This document shows, piece after piece, positions 17,543 through 25,289 of a DNA stretch of 28,281 nt. Both the position numbers and the translations under genes were made by a program. Origin of the DNA: Chlamydiae bacterium RIFCSPHIGHO2_12_FULL_49_11 (GTDB lineage Bacteria > Chlamydiota > Chlamydiia > Chlamydiales > 2-12-FULL-49-11); contig MGLW01000020.1 in NCBI GenBank assembly GCA_001794905.1, positions 48,616-76,896 of the forward strand, in the 5' to 3' direction. Below the pieces are notes generated by a model, which worked only from the letters and a program-made list of their open reading frames with translations, did no database searches and was not told where the DNA came from. Each line of letters opens with the position of its first letter. The first letter of the stretch is position 1.

Positions 17543-18123
17543 GACGGGGTGTACTCCAATAGGGCCCAAACGGCAGGATTCGTTTCAATACGCCCCCGAT
17601 CAAAATCATGGGGAAAATGGAGGGGATTTTCTTTATGACGGTACACTCGAAAGGCAATCCTTCCTTTCATTTCTGCCGCACCGTCAAAACCATATAGGGC
17701 ACGAGCATCAATGCCGATTTCCAAAGTATTTCGTGCGGGGGATTTTTCGACTTTTGCCGTTAAAAATTCGAAAGGGGCGAGGTTGTGGCTGTCATTCGAG
17801 CGAAACTTGGTCACCTCAAGCGCATTCGGTTCGGGATGGTCGGGCAAAAAGACAAAATGGTGGACAAATTTGTTGTAGATGTACACTTCCTCCATCGCAC
17901 GAGTGGCAAGGAAAAGCTCGAAAGCGTCCCCCTTCCTGTAGTCGGGAAATTGGGTGGTGAAATCACCGGAATCCAGCATCACAGAAAGTCCGATTCCGGT
18001 TTGATCCATCCGTAACTTGACCGAATCAATTGTTGTCACCGTTCCCTTTCGGACTTTCACATGCCGCTTGAAAAGAAAGGAAGCACCAATCCCGAGCGGA
18101 TTTTCAAACATCACATCGGCCAT
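17539..18123 (-). CDS. Hypothetical protein, possible beta-sandwich (CBM9/DOMON-like)
   Basis: Translationally coupled ORF between CT283-like and gcvH; GDAFELFLATR...HHFVFLP motif; start uncertain (18135, 18123 or 18111). Confidence 0.55.
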   Translation of the reverse strand: MADVMFENPLGIGASFLFKRHVKVRKGTVTTIDSVKLRMDQTGIGLSVMLDSGDFTTQFPDYRKGDAFELFLATRAMEEVYIYNKFVHHFVFLPDHPEPNALEVTKFRSNDSHNLAPFEFLTAKVEKSPARNTLEIGIDARALYGFDGAAEMKGRIAFRVYRHKENPLHFPHDFDRGRIETNPAVWALLEYTPS

Positions 18124-20222
18124 GCTTGCATCCACTCCCGTTTAAGCTCCCTTTTCCGGTACGCCGTTTCTTCTTCTATCATTTTCGTGCATTTTTCCGA
18201 ATTGACACTGCGCCGCTCGATGCGGTAAAAGACCACTTTTCCGGAAGGAAGAGCTTCGACTCCCGAAAAGGATCCCACCGCAGCATCAAACACTTCGTCC
18301 GAAAGTTTCAAAGGGTTTTCCGCACGGGTAAGTGTCTCTTTGGCAAGTCCGAGTTTCCACTCGTTGAGCAGCTGCATCTTGGATACCTCTTCGATTCCTT
18401 TTGCTTCCAAAGACCGCTTCCATTCGACCAGCACATCTCCGAGCGCGGGAATATAGTATCCCTCTTCGAGTTCGATCGCATTTTCTCCAAACCGCGAGCA
18501 CAGCTCTTTCGCCATTTTCTTTTTATCCTCGCCTTCCAGCCGCTTGGCTAAAAGAGCTTCAAGCACTCCATGCTCGTATAATTTTCCATAACTGCCCACA
18601 TGAACCGGTTCCACTTTGGCAAGAGTACGGATGCGATAAAAATAGCGGCCGTCTTCACTATAGCATGACAACATCTCGAGAGCGCCTGCCTCAGGTTCGG
18701 CAGAGAGCGCTTTCTCAAAAAGGGCAATCAGCTTTTCTTTCTGTTCGAGGTGTCCGAGTACGAAAACCCCCTTTGCAAGAGGAATAGTCACATCTTCCGA
18801 TTTGGCTTTTTCTTTCGCAAGGCACTCCTTGATCCGGAACGGATTTTCGGAAACCATGCATGCACGCGCTTTGTCATCGATTTCTTGCCTGAGGCCCCCG
18901 GCCATAGTATCGAGATGCAGCCTCCGTTTTTCGAGATCGGCTATATCGGCGGGGATATGTTGTGCGAAAGCGTCGTGTAGCTTTTTCCAGCCGTTGCCGC
19001 TAATCTCCCAAGCATATACGTCTTTCAATAAAAGTTCTTTTTCAATCCGTTCCCGGTCGATCATTGCATATTCGAGCCGGTATACGCCCAATTTGAAATC
19101 GGCGGCGACTTTTTCTTCGGGTATTGGCAGTGCGGTAAAATCGAAATCGTCTTTACACGCAAGCACACCTTTAAGATACAGGTCCAGTTTCAAAAGTTTT
19201 TCGGGGGTGTCTGTGAGGAGGGCATCGTCAAACGATATGAGGGTGACCTCGGTCTCTTCCAAAGTATTCAGGTGCTCTTTTTTAAACAAAACGGGGTCGA
19301 CAGTAACGGAAGCCTTGGATTCCAAATAGGCATCCGCAACTAGAAACATTTGTACGGCCTTTTCAAGATCCTTCAGGGAAATCCCCTCATTCTGCAGTTC
19401 TGCTTGGACCAGCTGCTCTACCTCTTTCTGCCGGTGTTTAGCACACACCTCTCTGAGGTGCCTATGTGCGGCACGGGAAGAGACTTTGATCTTCGCATCT
19501 TCTGCCTCGTTGTAAAGCCGGAACAGTTCATGGGCAACGCGATTTTTTACCTCTTCTCCGAAAAATGCGTCGAAATCCCGCGCATAAAAGAGATGTAGAT
19601 CTTCATGTGTGAGAGAAGAATCGGCTTGAATAAAGCGGCTGTATTGATTTTGTTGATAGAGCAAAATTTGGCGGAGCATTTCGGGAGAAAATTCCATCTG
19701 GTCGCGGAATAAATCACATAAAATGCGGGCCGACCTCGTGGCAAACTCGGCATCTTCGGGATCGAGAGCAAGCTCTTCAAAGTGCTCGACCATCTTGGGC
19801 AGAAACGATTTCCAGACCACTTTTGCCGATAAAATACGGGAAGGGTGCTCATAAGGGACAAATTGCCGCCGCTTTTTCCATTCAGCCCGGCTTAGTTCCG
19901 GGCGGCTTGCCGCCTCATTTGCCACAACCCGCTCAAGAAGCTTTGTATCAAAAAGAACCCGTTCTATCACCTCGTCTTTGAGAAGACCCTGCATGATTCC
20001 GGGTCTATGGCTCACCTGACGGGACAAGAAATAGCCGAGCGCCTTGACGTCGTTGGAATAGAGGATTCTTCCCTTTTGAGATGTTGTAACTATCTCATTT
20101 TTTGCCACTTGAGGCTTTGTAATGAAAGATGAATAGGTTCCGAAAAAAAGGAAAGATATGACAATCACGGTGAAAACAAAGAGCAATATCCCCTTTTGTC
20201 TCTTTCTTAACGAGCTGAGCAT
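18111..20222 (-). CDS. CT283-like membrane-anchored protein (SurA/PpiD N-terminal-like)
   Basis: MLSSLRKRQK followed by a TM helix (VIVISFLFFGTYS), similar to PpiD/SurA-type N-termini; SD GGAG 8 nt before ATG 20222; syntenic with gcvH. Confidence 0.7.
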   Translation of the reverse strand: MLSSLRKRQKGILLFVFTVIVISFLFFGTYSSFITKPQVAKNEIVTTSQKGRILYSNDVKALGYFLSRQVSHRPGIMQGLLKDEVIERVLFDTKLLERVVANEAASRPELSRAEWKKRRQFVPYEHPSRILSAKVVWKSFLPKMVEHFEELALDPEDAEFATRSARILCDLFRDQMEFSPEMLRQILLYQQNQYSRFIQADSSLTHEDLHLFYARDFDAFFGEEVKNRVAHELFRLYNEAEDAKIKVSSRAAHRHLREVCAKHRQKEVEQLVQAELQNEGISLKDLEKAVQMFLVADAYLESKASVTVDPVLFKKEHLNTLEETEVTLISFDDALLTDTPEKLLKLDLYLKGVLACKDDFDFTALPIPEEKVAADFKLGVYRLEYAMIDRERIEKELLLKDVYAWEISGNGWKKLHDAFAQHIPADIADLEKRRLHLDTMAGGLRQEIDDKARACMVSENPFRIKECLAKEKAKSEDVTIPLAKGVFVLGHLEQKEKLIALFEKALSAEPEAGALEMLSCYSEDGRYFYRIRTLAKVEPVHVGSYGKLYEHGVLEALLAKRLEGEDKKKMAKELCSRFGENAIELEEGYYIPALGDVLVEWKRSLEAKGIEEVSKMQLLNEWKLGLAKETLTRAENPLKLSDEVFDAAVGSFSGVEALPSGKVVFYRIERRSVNSEKCTKMIEEETAYRKRELKREWMQAWPM

Positions 20223-20307
20223 AAATGACACTCCACTAAATTATGAACCAGAGTATCATACTTGCCCCTTTGAGGCCAGCTTTATATGAAATTTTTCAAT
20301 GTAATTA

Positions 20308-20336
20308 TTGACTTTTATAATAAATTATACTATAAT
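20308..20336 (+). promoter_or_regulatory. Near-consensus promoter TTGACT-N17-TATAAT
   Basis: Read directly; ATG 20345 follows after 8 nt; no SD. Confidence 0.75.
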
Positions 20337-20344
20337 TATTGATT

Positions 20345-21277
20345 ATGGCAAATCCGATTACCTTCGCCGCGAGTACCGTTTCTCTTACTATTTTACGGCA
20401 AGAACTTTCCGATGATGAGTTTAGTCAAGTGGCAAGTGCCCCCCTTGGCGATCCTGACCAAAGCACCATGAAAATCACTCAAAATGCCCTTCTGGTTTTA
20501 TCGCATACTTCCTTACCCTCCTCCCTGCAACAAACGGTGCTGGAAAACTGGATCCCTTCCCTCTTGAGGGCCAAAAAAATCCATATCCTAAGTCACCCGT
20601 TTTCCCTAATCCCTCTTCTGGATGCTCAAGAAATAGCGGCACTTAGCGGTCCCCATGCCCTTTTTGAGATGGTAGCGAAGCTCCCCATTCACTGGAACTA
20701 TGGTTATGACGGGTGCTTTACACGTTCCCTGTGCACCCTCCACCTTTTGCAAAAAACGGGTTTCCCAAAAGATAGGCTGATGCGGGTCATAATTTTTGCA
20801 TCCCGGCTTCCCATATATTCCATCGGGACCGTGGGTTCACATGAGATGATTCCGTGGAAATACCATACCGCTTTAGCCGTCAAGTGGAATGAAGATATCG
20901 TCGTGATCGATCCGACTCTCGAAGACAAGCCGGTAGATATTCGGACATGGAGCCACTCTTGCATGATCAACCCTCTCTGGCAAAACTTCGATTTTGATTT
21001 GGAATCTCCCGAGCGTCCCATGGATATGGTTTCGGTACGCCTCATAAAACATGATGAGGATTTTGAAGAATGTAAAATACCTCTCGCAGCTAGGCACTTA
21101 TCATTTGAAAATACGGTATGGCGCCTTTGTAAACTTTGTGACGAGGTCCTCAGTTACAAAATTGCCCGTGTATTGCAAAGCGGAGGGTATGAGATTGATG
21201 TGGAATCTCCCCGAGCGATCCTCTCCGATTTTATTTCAATACAATTAGGGATACACACACAACAACATTCAGATTAA
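20345..21277 (+). CDS. Protein-glutaminase family (protein-glutamine deamidase-like) protein
   Basis: YDGCFTRS (Cys), WKYHTA (His) and VIDPTL (Asp) parallel DGCYARAH / WSYHVA / IIDPSL of Chryseobacterium protein glutaminase; no signal peptide. Confidence 0.75.
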   Translation: MANPITFAASTVSLTILRQELSDDEFSQVASAPLGDPDQSTMKITQNALLVLSHTSLPSSLQQTVLENWIPSLLRAKKIHILSHPFSLIPLLDAQEIAALSGPHALFEMVAKLPIHWNYGYDGCFTRSLCTLHLLQKTGFPKDRLMRVIIFASRLPIYSIGTVGSHEMIPWKYHTALAVKWNEDIVVIDPTLEDKPVDIRTWSHSCMINPLWQNFDFDLESPERPMDMVSVRLIKHDEDFEECKIPLAARHLSFENTVWRLCKLCDEVLSYKIARVLQSGGYEIDVESPRAILSDFISIQLGIHTQQHSD

Positions 21278-22782
21278 TAGGATCTTGCAAAAATGGCTTG
21301 CTCTCGGTCCCCGCTTCTGTTATTTGTAGAGTTTAAAGAAAGAGGGAGGTTTTTATGGAGGATACACCGGATTGTGACTCCGAACTGGGTGCGGATAACC
21401 TCCTCGAAATTCCGGTCCTCTTTATAGGGAGCCAGAACAAAGGGATTTGGGAAACCTTCTACTTTGAAAATCTGTTCGATATCGGAGACGTCGCTTGCAA
21501 TAACAGCGTACTTTTCTCGATAACTGACAGCCCGCTGATAGAGATCCGCGTGAATTTCTTCCAATAAGGAAGAGAGTTTGCCCGCCAGAGTTTCATTATC
21601 GGGAAAGTAAATCACATCGCGCTTTTCCCGATTTCTCAAATAGACCGGAATCCGTTTTTCCTGCAAATCGCGCGCACCGACCTCGATCCGGATCGGAATC
21701 CCTTTTTTGACCGCATCCCACGATTTATCTCCCGCGCGCATTTCCCGCTCATCGAGCCGGACCCGCACCGGCCCTTCGAAATACGAAGTCCCGCTTAAAA
21801 CCTGCAAGAGAGCGCGCGCTGCGTCAAGGACCGCACCGTCTTCTTCTTTTCCGAGCAAAAAGGGAATGATCATTACCTGGATCGGAGCAATTTTCGGAGG
21901 GAATCGCACTCCGTTATCATCGCCGTGAACCATGATGGCAGCTCCGATCGTGCGTGTTGTCAGTCCCCACGAAGTGGTATGCGCAAAGGAGAGGTTTTCA
22001 TCGGCATCCTGGAAGCGGATCGATTGTGCTTGGGCGAAATTGGTGCCCATGTAGTGCGACGTACAGAGTTGGAGAGCCTTCCCGTCCTGCATGATCGCTT
22101 CAAGTGTGTAGGTGGTTTCGGCACCCGGAAATTTTTCACTTTCCGTTTTTCTTCCGGCGAACACGGGAATCGCAAGCACTTCTTCGGCAAATTCGCGGTA
22201 CACCTCGAGCATCTCGAGAGCGGTAGCGCGCGCCTCGTCTCCGCTCGCATGTGCCGTATGTCCTTCTTGCCATAAAAATTCGGAAGTGCGTAAGAAGAGT
22301 CTCGGCCGCATTTCCCAGCGGACCACATTGGCCCACTGGTTGATTTTGAGAGGAAGGTCGCGATGCGACTGTATCCATTTCGCAAAGCTGTCGCCGATAA
22401 TCATTTCCGAGGTGGGTCTGACGATAAGCGGCTCCTCAAGAGGATCTGCCGGCACGAGTCCGCCCTCTGACATAACCAGGCGCGAATGGGTCACTACAGC
22501 GACCTCTTTGGCAAATCCGGCCACGTGTTCGGCCTCCCGTTGCAAAAAACTGAGGGGAATGAAGAGGGGAAAGTAGGCGTTTTGCACTCCCCGCTTTTGA
22601 AATTCTTTGTCGAACCAATTCCTGGTATTTTCCCAAAGGGCATAGCCGTAAGGCTTGATGATCATGCAACCGCGCACCGGCGCATGCTCGGCCAAATCCG
22701 CCACTCGGATGACTTCCTGGTACCACGCAGGAAAATCCTGCATTCGTGTGGGCTGCACCGCCGTCTTCTCATTTCCTGCCAT
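21274..22782 (-). CDS. proS: Prolyl-tRNA synthetase, archaeal/eukaryotic type
   Basis: VRPTSE, NQWANVVRWE, RTSEFLWQEGHT, TSWGLTTR, HGDDNG and C-terminal FARSY; no inserted editing domain. Confidence 0.95.
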   Translation of the reverse strand: MAGNEKTAVQPTRMQDFPAWYQEVIRVADLAEHAPVRGCMIIKPYGYALWENTRNWFDKEFQKRGVQNAYFPLFIPLSFLQREAEHVAGFAKEVAVVTHSRLVMSEGGLVPADPLEEPLIVRPTSEMIIGDSFAKWIQSHRDLPLKINQWANVVRWEMRPRLFLRTSEFLWQEGHTAHASGDEARATALEMLEVYREFAEEVLAIPVFAGRKTESEKFPGAETTYTLEAIMQDGKALQLCTSHYMGTNFAQAQSIRFQDADENLSFAHTTSWGLTTRTIGAAIMVHGDDNGVRFPPKIAPIQVMIIPFLLGKEEDGAVLDAARALLQVLSGTSYFEGPVRVRLDEREMRAGDKSWDAVKKGIPIRIEVGARDLQEKRIPVYLRNREKRDVIYFPDNETLAGKLSSLLEEIHADLYQRAVSYREKYAVIASDVSDIEQIFKVEGFPNPFVLAPYKEDRNFEEVIRTQFGVTIRCILHKNLPLSLNSTNNRSGDREQAIFARSY

Positions 22783-22863
22783 GGCACGAAATGCTACCTC
22801 ATCCCCTCCATTTGAAACAAGAGACTTCTTCGAAATTCCTGTTTTATGTTACTCTGCTTCTCG

Positions 22864-24453
22864 ATGAGCTTACAGATCATTCCCTATTATTCCGTGTACG
22901 TCTCTGCCCTGCCGGAAGAATCCGGGAAACAGGACTCTATCGGCCCCGATTTATCACGCGTGCATCGGAAGGACTCTCCTCGGCGCATGGGAGAGTATTG
23001 TTACAATTGCTTGGACTATGCCATCCACCTGGTTTGCGATACCGAGCGGACAGGACAAAAGATGACGCTGCAAAACTCGCCTCTATGCCGTGCTGAAATT
23101 ATTTTTTCAAACTTCAGGAAGAAACTCGATCAAATCTCTCGAGATGAAACGGTTCTACTTGCCCTATCTGATCTTCTCACAGAACTCGGATCGGTGACTA
23201 TGGATGACTTCCAGGTTTTATACCGCTGGCTCAAGCCGGATGATGAACTGATCAAGTCCCTTTACCATAACGTCGTATTGTACGATCCCCTCATTGCCGA
23301 CTTATCTATGCAAGAGTTTACCGGCTATGTGAAAAAACTCCTTGTCGACTATGAAGACAGGTGTGAAGGAGCTCTTGATGCGACGCTGCGTATTTTAAAA
23401 CCGGGAACCGAAAGAACCGAAATTATTAAAGCTTTCAAAGAAGTCACACAAATTTATGGAGGATTGAGAAACCTCACTCCCTCCGGTTTTAAATCCATTA
23501 TACATCGATTGATAAGAAAAAGTCCCGGAGACAGCGTAATCGTCCGATGCGTTCAATATATCTTGAAACAACGATGTTCGGGACCGGATCTTCCCTCGCA
23601 CCAAAAAATCCTCGAAACACTCTTAGCCTTCGGGTGCTCATTTATAATGCAAAGCATTGAAACGCTTGCCGAGTATGCTGCGAGAAGAAGCAGCCTGGCA
23701 ATACGTATCACTGCCGTAGCAACGATAAACCTACTGGAAAATGTTCCTCAAAGCACGAAAGAGGGTTTGAACATCCAAACCTCTTCCGAATCGGAAATTA
23801 TGGCAAAACTTTTTTGGTGCGAGATCGAAGCTTTCAATTTGTCTTTTTCAACATGGCATCCCGATTCCTCTTTTGAGGAATTTGCGGATCGCCTCAGAGT
23901 ATGTGGTCCACACATGGTTTTCGGCTTTTTCGGCCCGTCACTTCACAAAACCATGCCTGTGCGAGAAGAAGGGCACTTTGCAGGACGCACCGTTTTCCAG
24001 CTACCCTATGGACCTTCATCCTCCTTGGGATATCACTCTGCCTGCCACTTCATTGTTGTCGTCGGCGCCGTCGCTTCAGCAACGGGACGCTTCCTCTACT
24101 ACCTCGACCCTCACTTTGCAGGTTCTCCCGAACGCGAATATGTATTTAAACTTCCCTGGCTCACCTTTTCAACCCGGCTCTTTCCTATTCTGATTCCACC
24201 CGTCACCGACGCCCCCACCATCTATGCCGTTCACCGCAGTGAGGCCGCACAGAGAGCGTTGCAACTTTCCGAAAACACTCCATCAATTCCTTTGCAAGCT
24301 GAATCAACCACACCTTCGGAAAGCCCATCATCGACCCGTGTGCCGGCTTCTCCGTCCGGGTCGGCAACATCTTCGGAAAGCCCTTCATCCGGCCAATATT
24401 CGGCAATTTCTTCGTTCCGAAAGCGTTCTGCAATTGACGTTATTTCAGTGTAA
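22864..24453 (+). CDS. Hypothetical protein with a papain-like (C39/C70-type) C-terminal region and Ser/Pro-rich tail
   Basis: LRVCGPHMVFG...CHFIVVVGA...LYYLDP pattern; candidate nucleophile in GEYCYNC near the N-terminus. Start taken at ATG 22864. Confidence 0.55.
   Translation: MSLQIIPYYSVYVSALPEESGKQDSIGPDLSRVHRKDSPRRMGEYCYNCLDYAIHLVCDTERTGQKMTLQNSPLCRAEIIFSNFRKKLDQISRDETVLLALSDLLTELGSVTMDDFQVLYRWLKPDDELIKSLYHNVVLYDPLIADLSMQEFTGYVKKLLVDYEDRCEGALDATLRILKPGTERTEIIKAFKEVTQIYGGLRNLTPSGFKSIIHRLIRKSPGDSVIVRCVQYILKQRCSGPDLPSHQKILETLLAFGCSFIMQSIETLAEYAARRSSLAIRITAVATINLLENVPQSTKEGLNIQTSSESEIMAKLFWCEIEAFNLSFSTWHPDSSFEEFADRLRVCGPHMVFGFFGPSLHKTMPVREEGHFAGRTVFQLPYGPSSSLGYHSACHFIVVVGAVASATGRFLYYLDPHFAGSPEREYVFKLPWLTFSTRLFPILIPPVTDAPTIYAVHRSEAAQRALQLSENTPSIPLQAESTTPSESPSSTRVPASPSGSATSSESPSSGQYSAISSFRKRSAIDVISV
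24314..24389 (+). repeat. Intragenic direct repeat CTTCGGAAAGCCC(A/T)TCATC, 57-bp period
   Basis: Copies at 24314 and 24371, each encoding SESPSS. Confidence 0.7.
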
Positions 24454-24524
24454 TACCAATCCCAAGAAATAATTTCATAAATTCGAGCCCGACTTTATGA
24501 AATTATTTCTTCGCGTTTGGTATA
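24451..24524. mobile_element. Palindromic MITE-like element, short copy (74 bp); probable hairpin between convergent genes
   Basis: Perfect 18-bp inverted repeat AAGAAATAATTTCATAAA/TTTATGAAATTATTTCTT inside longer imperfect arms; shares its ends with 16833..16996. Confidence 0.75.
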
Positions 24525-25162
24525 AATGTGCGAACGATGCATTGTATCAGCTCTTCTCGGGAAAGGCACTTTCCCAAAAAGGCGGTGCTCGCCCCCATCT
24601 TGGGGAGAACGTCATCGGGATGAAGGAGCACTTTTTCAAGAAAGGGAGGATCGAACGGTTCGACCGAAAAACTGGCCTGGTGCAAAAGGGCATGCCGCCT
24701 CCGCCTTTGGGCTGCGCCGCCGATTTTTTTCCCTCCCCACATCACATCGTAAATGGTCGGTTTCACAAAACAAAAGGAATCACGGCCGCTTGCCTCCGAA
24801 AGCATTCCCGCTCCCGGAGGAAGCTCTGCAATCAGCTTTTCGTGGATAAGCCGGTAGTTTTCTACCGCATTTTCAATGTAAAGGGGATGGCCGCGCGCGA
24901 TGACGAGGGAAAAAGTGACATCCCACAAATGGAACACGAGCCCGCCTCCGGTAGGGCGCCGTGCATGGTCAAGCTCAAGAAGGGCGCCGGGAGCAATGAG
25001 TGTTTCCGGCTTTTGAAATACCCCGTAAGTAAATGCCGGCCGCTTAAACCCGTAAATATGCAAAATCGGACTGTCCCCCTCTTTCATCGTTTCGAGAAAA
25101 TGGATATCCCGGTCCATATTTTCTTGGGCAGAACACAAGTCAGGTTGAATGAGGCGCCACAT
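24503..25162 (-). CDS. lplA: Lipoate-protein ligase A / lipoyl transferase family protein (CT285-like)
   Basis: NMDRD, RRPTGGGLVFH, KKIGGAAQRR and LHQAS; divergent from clpC as in Chlamydia. Confidence 0.85.
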   Translation of the reverse strand: MWRLIQPDLCSAQENMDRDIHFLETMKEGDSPILHIYGFKRPAFTYGVFQKPETLIAPGALLELDHARRPTGGGLVFHLWDVTFSLVIARGHPLYIENAVENYRLIHEKLIAELPPGAGMLSEASGRDSFCFVKPTIYDVMWGGKKIGGAAQRRRRHALLHQASFSVEPFDPPFLEKVLLHPDDVLPKMGASTAFLGKCLSREELIQCIVRTFIPNAKK

Positions 25163-25225
25163 CCCCCCATCATACCGATTCGGGTTTTTTTCTCGTCCTC
25201 AAAAATGACATGTGCTATGAAGAAA

Positions 25226-25254
25226 TTTACAAGAATCGGTCGACCCGTTAAAAT
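25226..25254 (+). promoter_or_regulatory. clpC promoter TTTACA-N17-TAAAAT
   Basis: Read directly; SD AAGGTG precedes ATG 25290. Confidence 0.6.
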
Positions 25255-25289
25255 AACGGCGTCAGCCAGATAAATAAAAAAGGTGACCC

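Noticed and set aside
16833-24524. Repeat TAATACCAATCCCAAGAAATAA as a CRISPR repeat
   Set aside because: Two copies 7.6 kb apart, each an arm of an inverted repeat; no spacer array and no cas genes.
25163-25289. CIRCE or CtsR heat-shock operator upstream of clpC
   Set aside because: Neither TTAGCACTC-N9-GAGTGCTAA nor tandem GGTCAAA repeats were seen.
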